NCBI GenBank assembly: GCA_963780795.1
Contig: CAWADH010000003.1
Span: 110,818 to 174,817, forward strand
Reading direction: 5' to 3'
Length of the DNA: 64,000 nucleotides
Origin: an uncultured Gammaproteobacteria bacterium
Lineage (GTDB): Bacteria > Pseudomonadota > Gammaproteobacteria > Pseudomonadales > Azotimanducaceae
The notes beneath the pieces were generated by a model that was given only the letters and a program-made list of their open reading frames with translations, searched no databases and had not been told where the DNA came from. Shown here piece after piece: positions 9,585 to 18,465 of this stretch (position 1 is the stretch's first letter; every line of letters begins with the position of its first letter). Both the position numbers and the translations under genes were made by a program.

Positions 9585-9738
9585 GCGGCCGGTGTTCAAC
9601 ACGGCGCTGGTCCTTTGCTTGGTCTTTTCCACGTCGCCCTCCGGCCAGGCGCTTCGGCCCGACCGCCTTCCGGCTTCGAGTTTGCCATAGCCCGATACAT
9701 AAGCGAACATCCGCCCTACCCCCGACGAGATACTTAAG

Positions 9739-10635
9739 ATGCGCTTCAGCTTCTGGCCCAACCCTTCGCAATCGTTCGACGACGTGATTGCGCTTTCGCG
9801 CCACGTGGAGAAAACCGGCTGGGACGGCGTCTGGTATGCCGACCACTTCATGCCGAACGCACCTGACACCAGCACGCCGTGGCCCGAAGCCTGGATGACG
9901 TTGTCCGCGATCGGGGCGCAAGTGCCGCGCATTCGGATCGGCACGCTGGTCGCGGGCAATACGTACCGGCACCCGGCTGTGCTCGCGAAGATGGCGGCCA
10001 CGCTCGATCACATCACCGGCGGACGCGTGGTGCTCGGGCTCGGTGCCGGTTGGCAGGAAAACGAACACAAGCAGTACGGCATTCCGTTCTACACCACCGC
10101 GGAGCGGCTCGGCCGGCTCGACGAAGCGTGTCAGGTGATCAAGCGCCTTTACTCGGAACAGAAATCGAATTTCTCGGGGAAGTACTACCAGCTCGACGAC
10201 GCGTCGCTCGAGCCCAAACCGGTACAGGAAACGTTGCCGTTGCTGGTGGGCGGCGGCGGCGAGAAGGTGACGCTGCGGATCACCGCGCAATACGCCGACG
10301 AATGGAACGTGTGGGGCACCGTCGACACGCTGAAATCGAAGATGGCGATCCTCGACGGGCATTGCAGGAAGGTCGGCCGCGATCCGAAGTCGATTCAGCG
10401 CAGCGCGGTGGCGCTGCTGTTCATGAGCGACGACGCGGCCTATGTGAAGAAAATGCGCGAGTCGAAAATTCCCCAGGCCACGATCATCGGTTCGGTGGCC
10501 GAGGTGCGCGACATCGTCGCGCAGTACAAAGCGATCGGCGTAGACGAGCTGATCGTTCCGGATTTCACGCTCGGACCCACCCCGCAAAAGATCGCGACGC
10601 TCGACCGCTTCATCAAAGAAGTCGCGCAACGATGA
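9739..10635 (+). CDS. LLM class F420-dependent-type oxidoreductase
   Basis: 298-aa ORF. MRFSFWPNPSQSF...GWDGVWYADHF...ITGGRVVLGLGAGWQENEH...LLVGGGGEK strongly resembles the actinobacterial-type F420-dependent LLM subfamily. Confidence 0.8.
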   Translation: MRFSFWPNPSQSFDDVIALSRHVEKTGWDGVWYADHFMPNAPDTSTPWPEAWMTLSAIGAQVPRIRIGTLVAGNTYRHPAVLAKMAATLDHITGGRVVLGLGAGWQENEHKQYGIPFYTTAERLGRLDEACQVIKRLYSEQKSNFSGKYYQLDDASLEPKPVQETLPLLVGGGGEKVTLRITAQYADEWNVWGTVDTLKSKMAILDGHCRKVGRDPKSIQRSAVALLFMSDDAAYVKKMRESKIPQATIIGSVAEVRDIVAQYKAIGVDELIVPDFTLGPTPQKIATLDRFIKEVAQR

Positions 10636-11426
10636 GCAAGGCTCCGGCACCGGCCGTTCCAGCGGCCACCATCCTGCTGCTGCGCGGCGATCACTCGGTA
10701 CTCGAGGTGTTCATGGTGGTGCGGCACCACCAGATCGACTTCGCGTCCGGTGCCTTGGTGTTTCCCGGCGGCAAGGTCGATCCGCAGGACGACGATCCGG
10801 CACTGGCCGACTACTGCGACGGCGCATCGGCCGATCGGGCGATGCGCGCGATCCAGATCGCCGCCATTCGTGAGGCCTACGAGGAATGTGGCGTGTTGCT
10901 GGCGCGTGCCGCCGGCGAATCGCGACTCATCGCAGGCGCCCGGCTGGCCGACCTCGAACCGTTCCGCGCGCAGATCAACAACGGCCAGGTCGGCTTCAAG
11001 GAATTCCTCAAGCAACAGAACCTGCGCCTCGCATGCGATCAGCTGGTGCGGTTCGCCCACTGGATCACGCCGGAAATGATGCCGAAGCGTTTCGATACGC
11101 ACTTCTTCATCGCCGACGCGCCGTCCGATCAGGTGGCACTGCACGATGGTCACGAGTCGGTCGATTCGGTGTGGATCAGTCCCGCCGACGCACTCACCGG
11201 CGCCGCTTCAGGCAAATACACGGTGATCTTTCCGACGCTGCGCCAGGTGGAAAAGCTCGGCCACGACCAGTCTCCGGCCGCCGCAGTGGCGCGGGCGCGA
11301 CGCAGCCCGATCGTTACCGTGACGCCGTGGACCGAACGGCGGACTGACGGCCAGTACCTGTGCATTCCGGTAGAGGCCGGTTACGACGTATCCGAGGAAA
11401 AGATGCCGGAACGACCGGCACGGTAG
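10632..11426 (+). CDS. NUDIX hydrolase
   Basis: This is the tail of ORF 9879-11426. The ATG at 10632 overlaps the previous stop (ATGA). A Nudix box is present: FPGGKVDP...AAIREAYEECGVLL. Confidence 0.8.
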   Translation: MSKAPAPAVPAATILLLRGDHSVLEVFMVVRHHQIDFASGALVFPGGKVDPQDDDPALADYCDGASADRAMRAIQIAAIREAYEECGVLLARAAGESRLIAGARLADLEPFRAQINNGQVGFKEFLKQQNLRLACDQLVRFAHWITPEMMPKRFDTHFFIADAPSDQVALHDGHESVDSVWISPADALTGAASGKYTVIFPTLRQVEKLGHDQSPAAAVARARRSPIVTVTPWTERRTDGQYLCIPVEAGYDVSEEKMPERPAR

Positions 11427-11427
11427 A

Positions 11428-11736
11428 TCAGTGCGGCAGATCGCCGAGGCTGTACAGCAACCCGCCGCTCGTGATCAGCATCGATTCGTAGAACTCGCGG
11501 ATGTCCGCGCGCCGTGCCGGATCGTGCCCGGGTGGAACGCTGTCCTGCGAATCGAGCCGGGCGAGTTCGCGCATCAGATGGTTACGCAGCGAGCGCGCGT
11601 GATAAATCTCCAGCAGATCGACCATTCCGTGCCGGTCCCGTGACATCGCCATGCGCATCCCCTGCAGTTCCAATTCACCATAGACGCTGGCCGCACGCGC
11701 AGCCACGGACTGAACCCGGTTGCGCCCGTCCGGCAT
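11428..11736 (-). CDS. hypothetical protein
   Basis: 102-aa ORF with strongly G/C-biased third codon positions (my count about 80 percent). I recognise no family, and an internal start (MRMAMSRD) is possible. Confidence 0.45.
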   Translation of the reverse strand: MPDGRNRVQSVAARAASVYGELELQGMRMAMSRDRHGMVDLLEIYHARSLRNHLMRELARLDSQDSVPPGHDPARRADIREFYESMLITSGGLLYSLGDLPH

Positions 11737-11777
11737 TCAAATTAGGGTTCCACGTCACACAAATCGCAGAGCACAGC

Positions 11778-12587
11778 ATGGCCAGCCAACCGAAAGACGC
11801 AGCAAAGCAGGACGTCATCTATCAAGTTGCCGATCACGTCGCGACCCTGACGATCAACCGTCCCGAAGTACAGAACACGATCTCCGGTCCCATGCTCGAT
11901 GCGTTGACGCAACACCTGCTCGCTGCGAACGAAGATCGCGACGTGCGCGCCATCGTCATCACCGGCAGCGGGCGCTTCTTCTGCGCCGGCCTCGACCTGC
12001 GCGGCGGCGACATCGGCGGCGGCCTGTCGAGCAACGCCGGGCCGGCCAACCTCGATCTGCGCAATACGCCGCCGACCGTGCTGCACGCCGTGGACAAACC
12101 GACGATCTGCGCCTTGAACGGGTCGGCCGCCGGCTACGGTATGGACCTCGCACTCGGCTGCGACATCCGCATCATGGCCGACACTGCCAAGCTCGCTGCC
12201 GCCTTCACGGCGCGCGGCGTGCTGCCGGAATCGGGCGGCACGTGGATACTGCCGCGCCTGCTCGGCTGGTCGAAAGCCGCCGAACTGATCTTCACGGGAC
12301 GCACCTTGACCGCAGCAGAGAGCCTCGAAATGGGTCTCGTCTCGCGTGTCGTTCCCGCGGCCGAAATCGCCGTCGCCGCGGCACAACTCGCGGCCGAAAT
12401 CGCGCGCAACGCCCCGCTCGCCGTCCAGGCGTCGAAGCGCATGATGCGGATGGGCATGAACGAAACGTTCAACGACCACGTGCACCACGTGTTCCTGCAG
12501 TTGCTGCCGCTGTTCCGTTCGGCCGACTTCAAAGAAGGCATGGCGTCGTTCCTCGAAAAACGCCCGCCGAACTTCACCGGCAAGTAA
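11778..12587 (+). CDS. enoyl-CoA hydratase/isomerase (crotonase) family protein
   Basis: In-frame ATG at 11778 within ORF 11514-12587. It has VATLTINRPEVQN, FCAGLDL, ALNGSAAGYGMDLAL and the C-terminal FKEGMASFLEKRPPNF crotonase blocks. Confidence 0.85.
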   Translation: MASQPKDAAKQDVIYQVADHVATLTINRPEVQNTISGPMLDALTQHLLAANEDRDVRAIVITGSGRFFCAGLDLRGGDIGGGLSSNAGPANLDLRNTPPTVLHAVDKPTICALNGSAAGYGMDLALGCDIRIMADTAKLAAAFTARGVLPESGGTWILPRLLGWSKAAELIFTGRTLTAAESLEMGLVSRVVPAAEIAVAAAQLAAEIARNAPLAVQASKRMMRMGMNETFNDHVHHVFLQLLPLFRSADFKEGMASFLEKRPPNFTGK

Positions 12588-12589
12588 CC

Positions 12590-13957
12590 ATGTCGGTCCA
12601 GTGGCAAGCGCGGCTCGATGCGCTCGCCCGGGAGTTCGAAGTACCCGGCGCCAGCCTCGCCATTTGGCACAAGGGCCGCCTGACGACGTGCGCGACCGGC
12701 GTGATCAACATGAGCACGGCGGTTGCGGCCACCCCGGCCGCGATCTTTCAGATCGGTTCCATCACCAAACTGCTGACTGCAACGCTGGTGATGCAACTCG
12801 TCGAAGAAGGTCGGCTGCGCCTCGACGACCCTGTTAGGCGTCATCTGCCCGACTTCTCGCTGCAGTCGGTCGATGCGGCACGCGTCATCACCGTCCGACA
12901 GCTGCTGACGCACACCAGCGGCATCGACGGCGACTTCTTCGAGAACACCGGGCTCGGCGAAGACAAAGTCGCGCGCTACGTGGACGCGTGCCGCGTGCTG
13001 CCGACGCTGCATCCGCCCGGCGAGTTGTTCTCGTACTGCAACGTCGGTTTCAACCTGCTCGGGCGCATCGTCGAACTGCAACGCGGGACCACGTGGGAAA
13101 CCGCCCTCGGCAGAGGCGTCTGCAGTCGCCTCGGCGACAATTCGTTCGTTCGCTATCCGCACGACACGCCGAAGTACCGCACCGCCATCGGGCATGTGCG
13201 TGCGAAGCCGACCGATCCCCTCTCCATGACGCCCAATCCCTACCTGGCGCTGTCGAGCGCACCGGCGGGTTCGGTGGTGTATGCGAGCGCTACCGATCTG
13301 ATCCTGTTCGCGCGAACCTTGCTGGACAACGGTCTGTCGCCGACCGGCGAGCAGGTACTTTCGCGCGCCACCATCGAACAGATGCTGACGCCGCAGATGC
13401 GGTTGCCATCGGGCAGCCTGGCCGATGCGTTCGGTCTCGCCTTCATGCTGTTCGACTGGGACGGCGTACGCGTGGTCGGCCACGACGGCGCAACCACCGG
13501 CCAGAACGCATATCTGCGTCTGGTTCCCGGTAAAGGCACTGCGGTGGCGCTGCTCACCAACGGCGGTTTTCCGGCAGAGTTGTTCCACGCGCTGTTCGGC
13601 GAGATCTTCGGCGAACTGCTGGGCATTCATCCAACGCCGCGCCTGAGCGGGTCGCTTCGGCCCGTTACGTCGCTCGATCGGTACTGCGGTGTGTTCGAAA
13701 AACTGTCTCAGCGCATCACGGTACGCGCCGACCGCGATCAGCTGTTCGCTACGATCGAAGGAAACCGCTATCCGGCGCCGCCGCAAACGTATCGACTGCG
13801 GCCGGCAACGCAAGACACGTTCGTCGGAACGTTGTCGGGGTCACCGACACCCGCGATGTTTCACTACCTGACGACCGCCGCGGGCGCGCAGTTGCTGATG
13901 ACTGGCGGCCGCGTGCATCCGCGCCGCGCCGGAGCCGAATCGCCAACGACCCCGTAA
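12590..13957 (+). CDS. serine hydrolase (beta-lactamase/class C-like family)
   Basis: ATG at 12590, 2 nt after the previous stop. It has an SxxK motif (FQIGSITKLLTA) and typical LLTHTSGI and YCNVGFNLLG blocks. The upstream part of ORF 11720-13957 is Arg-rich shadow. Confidence 0.8.
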   Translation: MSVQWQARLDALAREFEVPGASLAIWHKGRLTTCATGVINMSTAVAATPAAIFQIGSITKLLTATLVMQLVEEGRLRLDDPVRRHLPDFSLQSVDAARVITVRQLLTHTSGIDGDFFENTGLGEDKVARYVDACRVLPTLHPPGELFSYCNVGFNLLGRIVELQRGTTWETALGRGVCSRLGDNSFVRYPHDTPKYRTAIGHVRAKPTDPLSMTPNPYLALSSAPAGSVVYASATDLILFARTLLDNGLSPTGEQVLSRATIEQMLTPQMRLPSGSLADAFGLAFMLFDWDGVRVVGHDGATTGQNAYLRLVPGKGTAVALLTNGGFPAELFHALFGEIFGELLGIHPTPRLSGSLRPVTSLDRYCGVFEKLSQRITVRADRDQLFATIEGNRYPAPPQTYRLRPATQDTFVGTLSGSPTPAMFHYLTTAAGAQLLMTGGRVHPRRAGAESPTTP

Positions 13958-13961
13958 AGGC

Positions 13962-15434
13962 TCAGCCGAAACCGATTTCGGTGACGTCGCTGGGAATCAG
14001 CGGATAGCGGATGCCGGCCCATTTCTGCACCACGCGCACCACCTGGCAAGAGTAGCCGTACTCGTTGTCGTACCACGCGTACACGACCATGCGGTTGTCT
14101 TTCACGATGGTCGCCAGTCCGTCGACGATGCAGGCGTGACGGTTACCGATGAAGTCGGACGATACGACTTCGGGCGAGTTGATGAAGTCGATCTGCCGCT
14201 GCAGCGGCGAATAGAGCGATGCGTCGCGCAGATAGCCGTTCACTTCTTCCAGCGTGGTATTGCGCGAGACGGTCAGATTCAGAATGGCCAGCGAAACGTC
14301 GGGCGTCGGCACGCGAATCGCGTTACCGGTGAGCTTTCCCTCCAGCGACGGCAGCAGGTCGGTGATCGCGGACGATGCGCCGGTTTCGGTGATCACGAGG
14401 TTCAACGCCGCGCTGCGACCGCGCCGGCTCTTCTCGTGGTAGTTGTCGGTGAGGTTCTGGTCCGGCGTGTAGGCGTGCACAGTTTCGATGTGCCCGCTCT
14501 GGATTTCGAACTCGTCGTCGATCGCTTTGAGAATCGGCACGATCGCGTTGGTGGTGCACGAAGCAGCCGCCAGAATCTTGTCGTCTTTCGACAGTCCGTT
14601 GGAATTGATTCCGGCAACGATGTTCTTGATGCCGCCCTTACCAGGCGCCGTAACCATCACGCGCGCCGCGCCCTTCGACTTCAGGTGCTCGCTGAGACCC
14701 TTCTCGTCGCGCCACGCGCCGGTGTTGTCGATGACGATCGCATCGCTTATGCCGTAGCTCTCGTAATCGACTTCCGCGGGACTGTTCGCATAGATCATGC
14801 GAATGACGTTGCCGTTCGCGATGATGCAGTTGTTGTCGTGGTCCACGCGGATGGTGCCTTTGAACGATCCGTGCACCGAATCGCGACGCAACAGGCTCGC
14901 CCGCTTCACCAGATCTTCCTTCGTCGCCTTGCGCACCACGATCGCGCGCAAGCGCAGTTGCTGGCCGCCGCCGGTTTTCTCGATCAATAGACGCGCGAGC
15001 AAGCGGCCGATGCGGCCGAAGCCGTAGAGCACTACGTCCTGCGGTTTCGCGAGCGGCGGCACGTGCCGGCCGATCACTTCCGCGCACTGCTGTTTGACGA
15101 AGTCCATCGCCGTGGTGCCGTTGCCGGCGCTCTCCTCCATGTACTTCAGCGCCAGCTTGCCCACGTCGATGTGGCACGGTCCGAGGTCGAGCTCTCCCAG
15201 CGCCTTCATGATCGGATAGCTCTCGAACTCCGACAGCTCGTTGTTGGCGATCTGCCGAACATAGCGATGCGTCTTCATGATGTTGGTGACGCTTTCGCTG
15301 TACAACGCGCGCCCGAAGCAATACGTCACGACGTTCTTGCGATAGAGATTGCCGATGATCGGAACCATCTCTTCGGCGAGCGCTTCACGCTCTTTCCAGT
15401 CCGGGAAATAATCGTCAAGGCTAGGTAGTGCCAC
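13962..15434 (-). CDS. gap: glyceraldehyde-3-phosphate dehydrogenase, long (about 490 aa) form
   Basis: 490-aa ORF with the NAD fold LYGFGRIGRLLARL and the catalytic block AAASCTTNAIVP. The N-terminal extension is as in the long GAPDH found next to mfd in Pseudomonas (remembered). Confidence 0.85.
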   Translation of the reverse strand: MALPSLDDYFPDWKEREALAEEMVPIIGNLYRKNVVTYCFGRALYSESVTNIMKTHRYVRQIANNELSEFESYPIMKALGELDLGPCHIDVGKLALKYMEESAGNGTTAMDFVKQQCAEVIGRHVPPLAKPQDVVLYGFGRIGRLLARLLIEKTGGGQQLRLRAIVVRKATKEDLVKRASLLRRDSVHGSFKGTIRVDHDNNCIIANGNVIRMIYANSPAEVDYESYGISDAIVIDNTGAWRDEKGLSEHLKSKGAARVMVTAPGKGGIKNIVAGINSNGLSKDDKILAAASCTTNAIVPILKAIDDEFEIQSGHIETVHAYTPDQNLTDNYHEKSRRGRSAALNLVITETGASSAITDLLPSLEGKLTGNAIRVPTPDVSLAILNLTVSRNTTLEEVNGYLRDASLYSPLQRQIDFINSPEVVSSDFIGNRHACIVDGLATIVKDNRMVVYAWYDNEYGYSCQVVRVVQKWAGIRYPLIPSDVTEIGFG

Positions 15435-15510
15435 GTCCGATCCTCGTCGCGTTGGGCCTTAAGCGGGCGGGTATTATCGAAATTGAACCTGAGAGCTGCA
15501 ACAAAGGTAC

Positions 15511-15531
15511 CGCACCGGCCGAGCCGGTGCG
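15511..15531 (-). terminator. possible terminator hairpin after korB
   Basis: A perfect 9-bp GC-rich stem CGCACCGGC-N3-GCCGGTGCG lies 53 nt downstream of the korB stop. On the minus strand it is followed only by the weakly T-rich GTACCTTTGTTG. Confidence 0.3.
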
Positions 15532-15583
15532 TGAAGAGTTGTAGTGCGTTGGTGACTCTGCGCCGAAGCGCCGCTGAAATTCG

Positions 15584-16639
15584 CTATCGGAAGCTCGCGT
15601 TGATCGGCTTCAGTGCCGCGTTGCCGGGGCACAGATCCGCCTCGCCCAACTCGTTCAGCGGCGTATCCACCGTTTCGAGAATGGCGTGGCAGTCCGATGC
15701 GTTCGCATCGAGGTACAACAAACCGGTAACGACTTCGCCTTCGTCCTGCTTGCGCTGCACGTAGGAGAGCGCCCCAACACGGTCGTGCGGGTCGTAGTCG
15801 TCCGCCAGTTTGCGCAGACGCAGGGTCGACCCATCTGGCATCGCGACGTCTTCGCGCGTGCCGGGTGCGTAATCGGCGACGATCTCCTCGTGCGCCGGCA
15901 CGAAATCGGCGGCAATCACGTCGCCGCGATGATCGCGCACGTAGTCGTAACTCTTGGTCGAGCCTTTGTGATTGTTGAACGCCACGCACGGCGAGATCAC
16001 GTCGATGAACGCGAACCCTTTGTGCAGCAGCGCCGCCTTGATCAGCGGCACCAGCTGACCTTTGTCGCCGGAGAAGCTGCGGCCGACGAACGTCGCGCCG
16101 AGCTGCAATGCGATGCTGACCAGATCGATCGGCTCGTAAAGATTCGGCGCGCCCTTCTTGCTGGTCGAGCCCTTGTCGTTCGTCGCCGAGAACTGCCCCT
16201 TCGTAAGGCCGTAGGTGCCATTGTTGTCGACGATGTAGCACATGTTGATGCGGCGGCGGACGATGTGCGCGAACTGACCCATCCCGATCGACGCGGTGTC
16301 GCCGTCGCCGGAGATGCCGATGCAATACAGATCTTTATTAGCCAGGTTGGCGCCGGTAGCAACGGACGGCATCCGGCCGTGCACCGAGTTGAAGCCGTGC
16401 GACTTGCCGAGGAAATACGTCGGCGTTTTCGACGAGCAGCCGATACCGGAGATCTTCGTGAACCGATGCGGCGGAATCGACAGCTCCGCGCACGCCTGCA
16501 CGATGGCGGCGCTGACGGAATCGTGGCCGCAGCCGGCACACAGCGTCGACACCGAGCCTTCGTAGTCGCGGCGCGTCAACCCGAGGTCGTTGACCTTCAG
16601 TTGCGGGTGATGGACGCGCGGCTTGGTGACGAATGTCAT
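15584..16639 (-). CDS. korB: 2-oxoacid:ferredoxin oxidoreductase, beta (TPP-binding) subunit
   Basis: ORF 15584-16741 trimmed to the ATG at 16639, which overlaps the korA stop (ATGA). It has CAGCGH and the TPP-binding GISGDGDTASIG. Confidence 0.85.
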   Translation of the reverse strand: MTFVTKPRVHHPQLKVNDLGLTRRDYEGSVSTLCAGCGHDSVSAAIVQACAELSIPPHRFTKISGIGCSSKTPTYFLGKSHGFNSVHGRMPSVATGANLANKDLYCIGISGDGDTASIGMGQFAHIVRRRINMCYIVDNNGTYGLTKGQFSATNDKGSTSKKGAPNLYEPIDLVSIALQLGATFVGRSFSGDKGQLVPLIKAALLHKGFAFIDVISPCVAFNNHKGSTKSYDYVRDHRGDVIAADFVPAHEEIVADYAPGTREDVAMPDGSTLRLRKLADDYDPHDRVGALSYVQRKQDEGEVVTGLLYLDANASDCHAILETVDTPLNELGEADLCPGNAALKPINASFR

Positions 16640-18465
16640 CGCTTCACCTCTGAAATTCTGGCGAGCTTGTTGGTCGCGAAATACCGGGCGATTTCGCCGC
16701 GAATGAACTCTGCGGCAATGGACAACCCGCCGTAGTAGCACACGGGCACCACCTTCGCCGGATCGATGCTGCCTTCGTTGACCAGGATCATGCGCATCTG
16801 CGCGTCGCGATTCTGTTCGACGATGAATACGAGCTCGTGGTTGTCGATGAACTCGAGCACCGAATCGGTGAACGGCACGGCGCGGATGCGCAGCGTGTCG
16901 AGGTGGATGCCGTCGGTCGCGAGCAGGTCAAGCGATTCCTGCATCGGCATCTGCGTCGTGCCGTAGTACAGCACGCCGTACGCGCGACGCGGCGAGCTCT
17001 CGTGAACGTCTGGTTTCGGCACCAGCGTCTTCGCGGTGTTCCACTTGAGCAGCAACCGATCCATGTTCTCGGTGTAGATGTCGGGATCTTCGGTATAGCG
17101 CGCGTACTCGTCGCGCGACGTTCCGCGCGTGAAGAAGCTTCCCTTCGACGGGTGCGCGCCGGGATAGGTGCGGTAGCCGATGCCGTCGCCATCCACGTCG
17201 ACATACCGGCCGAATTTCTCGATGCGGTCGAGATCGTCGGCGTGGTAGACCTTGCCACGGTCGTACTTGCGCGCGTCGTCCCACACCAGCGGATCGGACA
17301 TCACCTCGTTCATGCCGAGTTCGAGGTCGGACATGATGATGACCGGCGTCTGCAACCGGTCGGCGATGTCGAGCGCGTCGGCGGAGAAATCGAAACACTC
17401 CTTCGGCGACGACGGAATCAGCACCACGTGTTTCGTGTCGCCGTGCGACGCATACACCGCCGACATCAGGTCGGCCTGTTGCGTACGCGTCGGCATGCCG
17501 GTCGACGGACCGGCGCGCTGCACGTCGATGAGCACGGCCGGAATTTCGGCGAAATACGCGAGACCGAGGAATTCGCCCATCAGCGAGAGGCCCGGACCGC
17601 TCGTGGCGGTGAACGCGCGCGCGCCGTTCCACGCTGCGCCGATCACCATACCGATGGCGGCGAGTTCGTCTTCCGCCTGCATGATCGCGAACTTCTTCTT
17701 GCCGGTTTCCTTCTCGGTGCGGAAACGATTCGCATAACGTTCGAACGACTCCGCCACAGATGTGGACGGCGTGATCGGGTACCAGGCGCACACGGTCGCG
17801 CCGCCGTACACGGCACCCAACGCAGACGCAGTGTTGCCCTCGATCATGATCCGTTCGCCAACGGCGTTACTACGGCGCAACTGAACCGGCAGCGGATTGT
17901 CGAGGTATTCGAGCGCGTAATTGCGCCCGATCTCGAGCGCGTGCACGTTCGGTTTGATCAGCGCGTCTTTGCCCTTGTACTGCTCCGATACCATGCCGGT
18001 GAGAACGTCGAAGTCGATGTTGATCAGCGCCGACAGTGCACCGACGTAGACGATGTTCTTGAACAGCTGGCGCTGCTTGGGATCCTGGAATTCGGACAGC
18101 AGCAGCGTCGAGATCGGCACACCGATGTCGACCACGTCGGCGCGCGCGAGTTCGCGCGGGCGCGGCCGAGAGCTGTCGTACAGGAGAAATCCTCCCGACA
18201 CGAGACTGGCGACGTCTTCCGCGTACGTCTCGGCGTTCATCGCCACCATGATGTCTACGCCGTCGCGGCGGCCCAGATAGCCCGCTTCGCTGACGCGCAC
18301 TTCGAACCACGTCGGCAGTCCCTGGATGTTCGATGGAAAAATGTTGCGCGTGCCAACGGGAACACCCATCCGGAACACCGCCTTCGCGAACATGCCGTTC
18401 GCGCTCGCGGAGCCCGAACCATTGACGTTCGCAAACTTGATGACGAAATCGTTGTAACGCGTCAT
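16636..18465 (-). CDS. korA: 2-oxoacid:ferredoxin oxidoreductase, alpha subunit (gamma-alpha fused type)
   Basis: ORF 16636-19182 trimmed to MTRYNDFVIKFANVNGSGSASANGMFAK (ATG at 18465, overlapping the upstream stop as ATGA). It continues into GNTASALGAVYGG...YPITPST alpha-domain blocks. Confidence 0.85.
   Translation of the reverse strand: MTRYNDFVIKFANVNGSGSASANGMFAKAVFRMGVPVGTRNIFPSNIQGLPTWFEVRVSEAGYLGRRDGVDIMVAMNAETYAEDVASLVSGGFLLYDSSRPRPRELARADVVDIGVPISTLLLSEFQDPKQRQLFKNIVYVGALSALINIDFDVLTGMVSEQYKGKDALIKPNVHALEIGRNYALEYLDNPLPVQLRRSNAVGERIMIEGNTASALGAVYGGATVCAWYPITPSTSVAESFERYANRFRTEKETGKKKFAIMQAEDELAAIGMVIGAAWNGARAFTATSGPGLSLMGEFLGLAYFAEIPAVLIDVQRAGPSTGMPTRTQQADLMSAVYASHGDTKHVVLIPSSPKECFDFSADALDIADRLQTPVIIMSDLELGMNEVMSDPLVWDDARKYDRGKVYHADDLDRIEKFGRYVDVDGDGIGYRTYPGAHPSKGSFFTRGTSRDEYARYTEDPDIYTENMDRLLLKWNTAKTLVPKPDVHESSPRRAYGVLYYGTTQMPMQESLDLLATDGIHLDTLRIRAVPFTDSVLEFIDNHELVFIVEQNRDAQMRMILVNEGSIDPAKVVPVCYYGGLSIAAEFIRGEIARYFATNKLARISEVKR

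Noticed and set aside
12134-13813. 559-aa minus-strand ORF. The same type occurs at 16837-18918, 35746-37512, 44400-45644, 45927-47702, 49539-51368, 51662-53182 and 61221-62768.
   Set aside because: All lie antisense to genes with strong family signatures (serine hydrolase, korA, S9 peptidase, DUF58, VWA proteins, BatD/pepN, GMC oxidoreductase). They are Arg/His/Val-rich with no motifs. Long open antisense frames are expected at this G+C content.
15474-15583. A CCTGAGAG motif reminiscent of the TPP riboswitch core, in the korB-gap spacer
   Set aside because: It is on the plus strand while both neighbouring genes are on the minus strand. The other conserved TPP-riboswitch segments are absent. 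The region is better explained by a terminator-like hairpin and the gap promoter.
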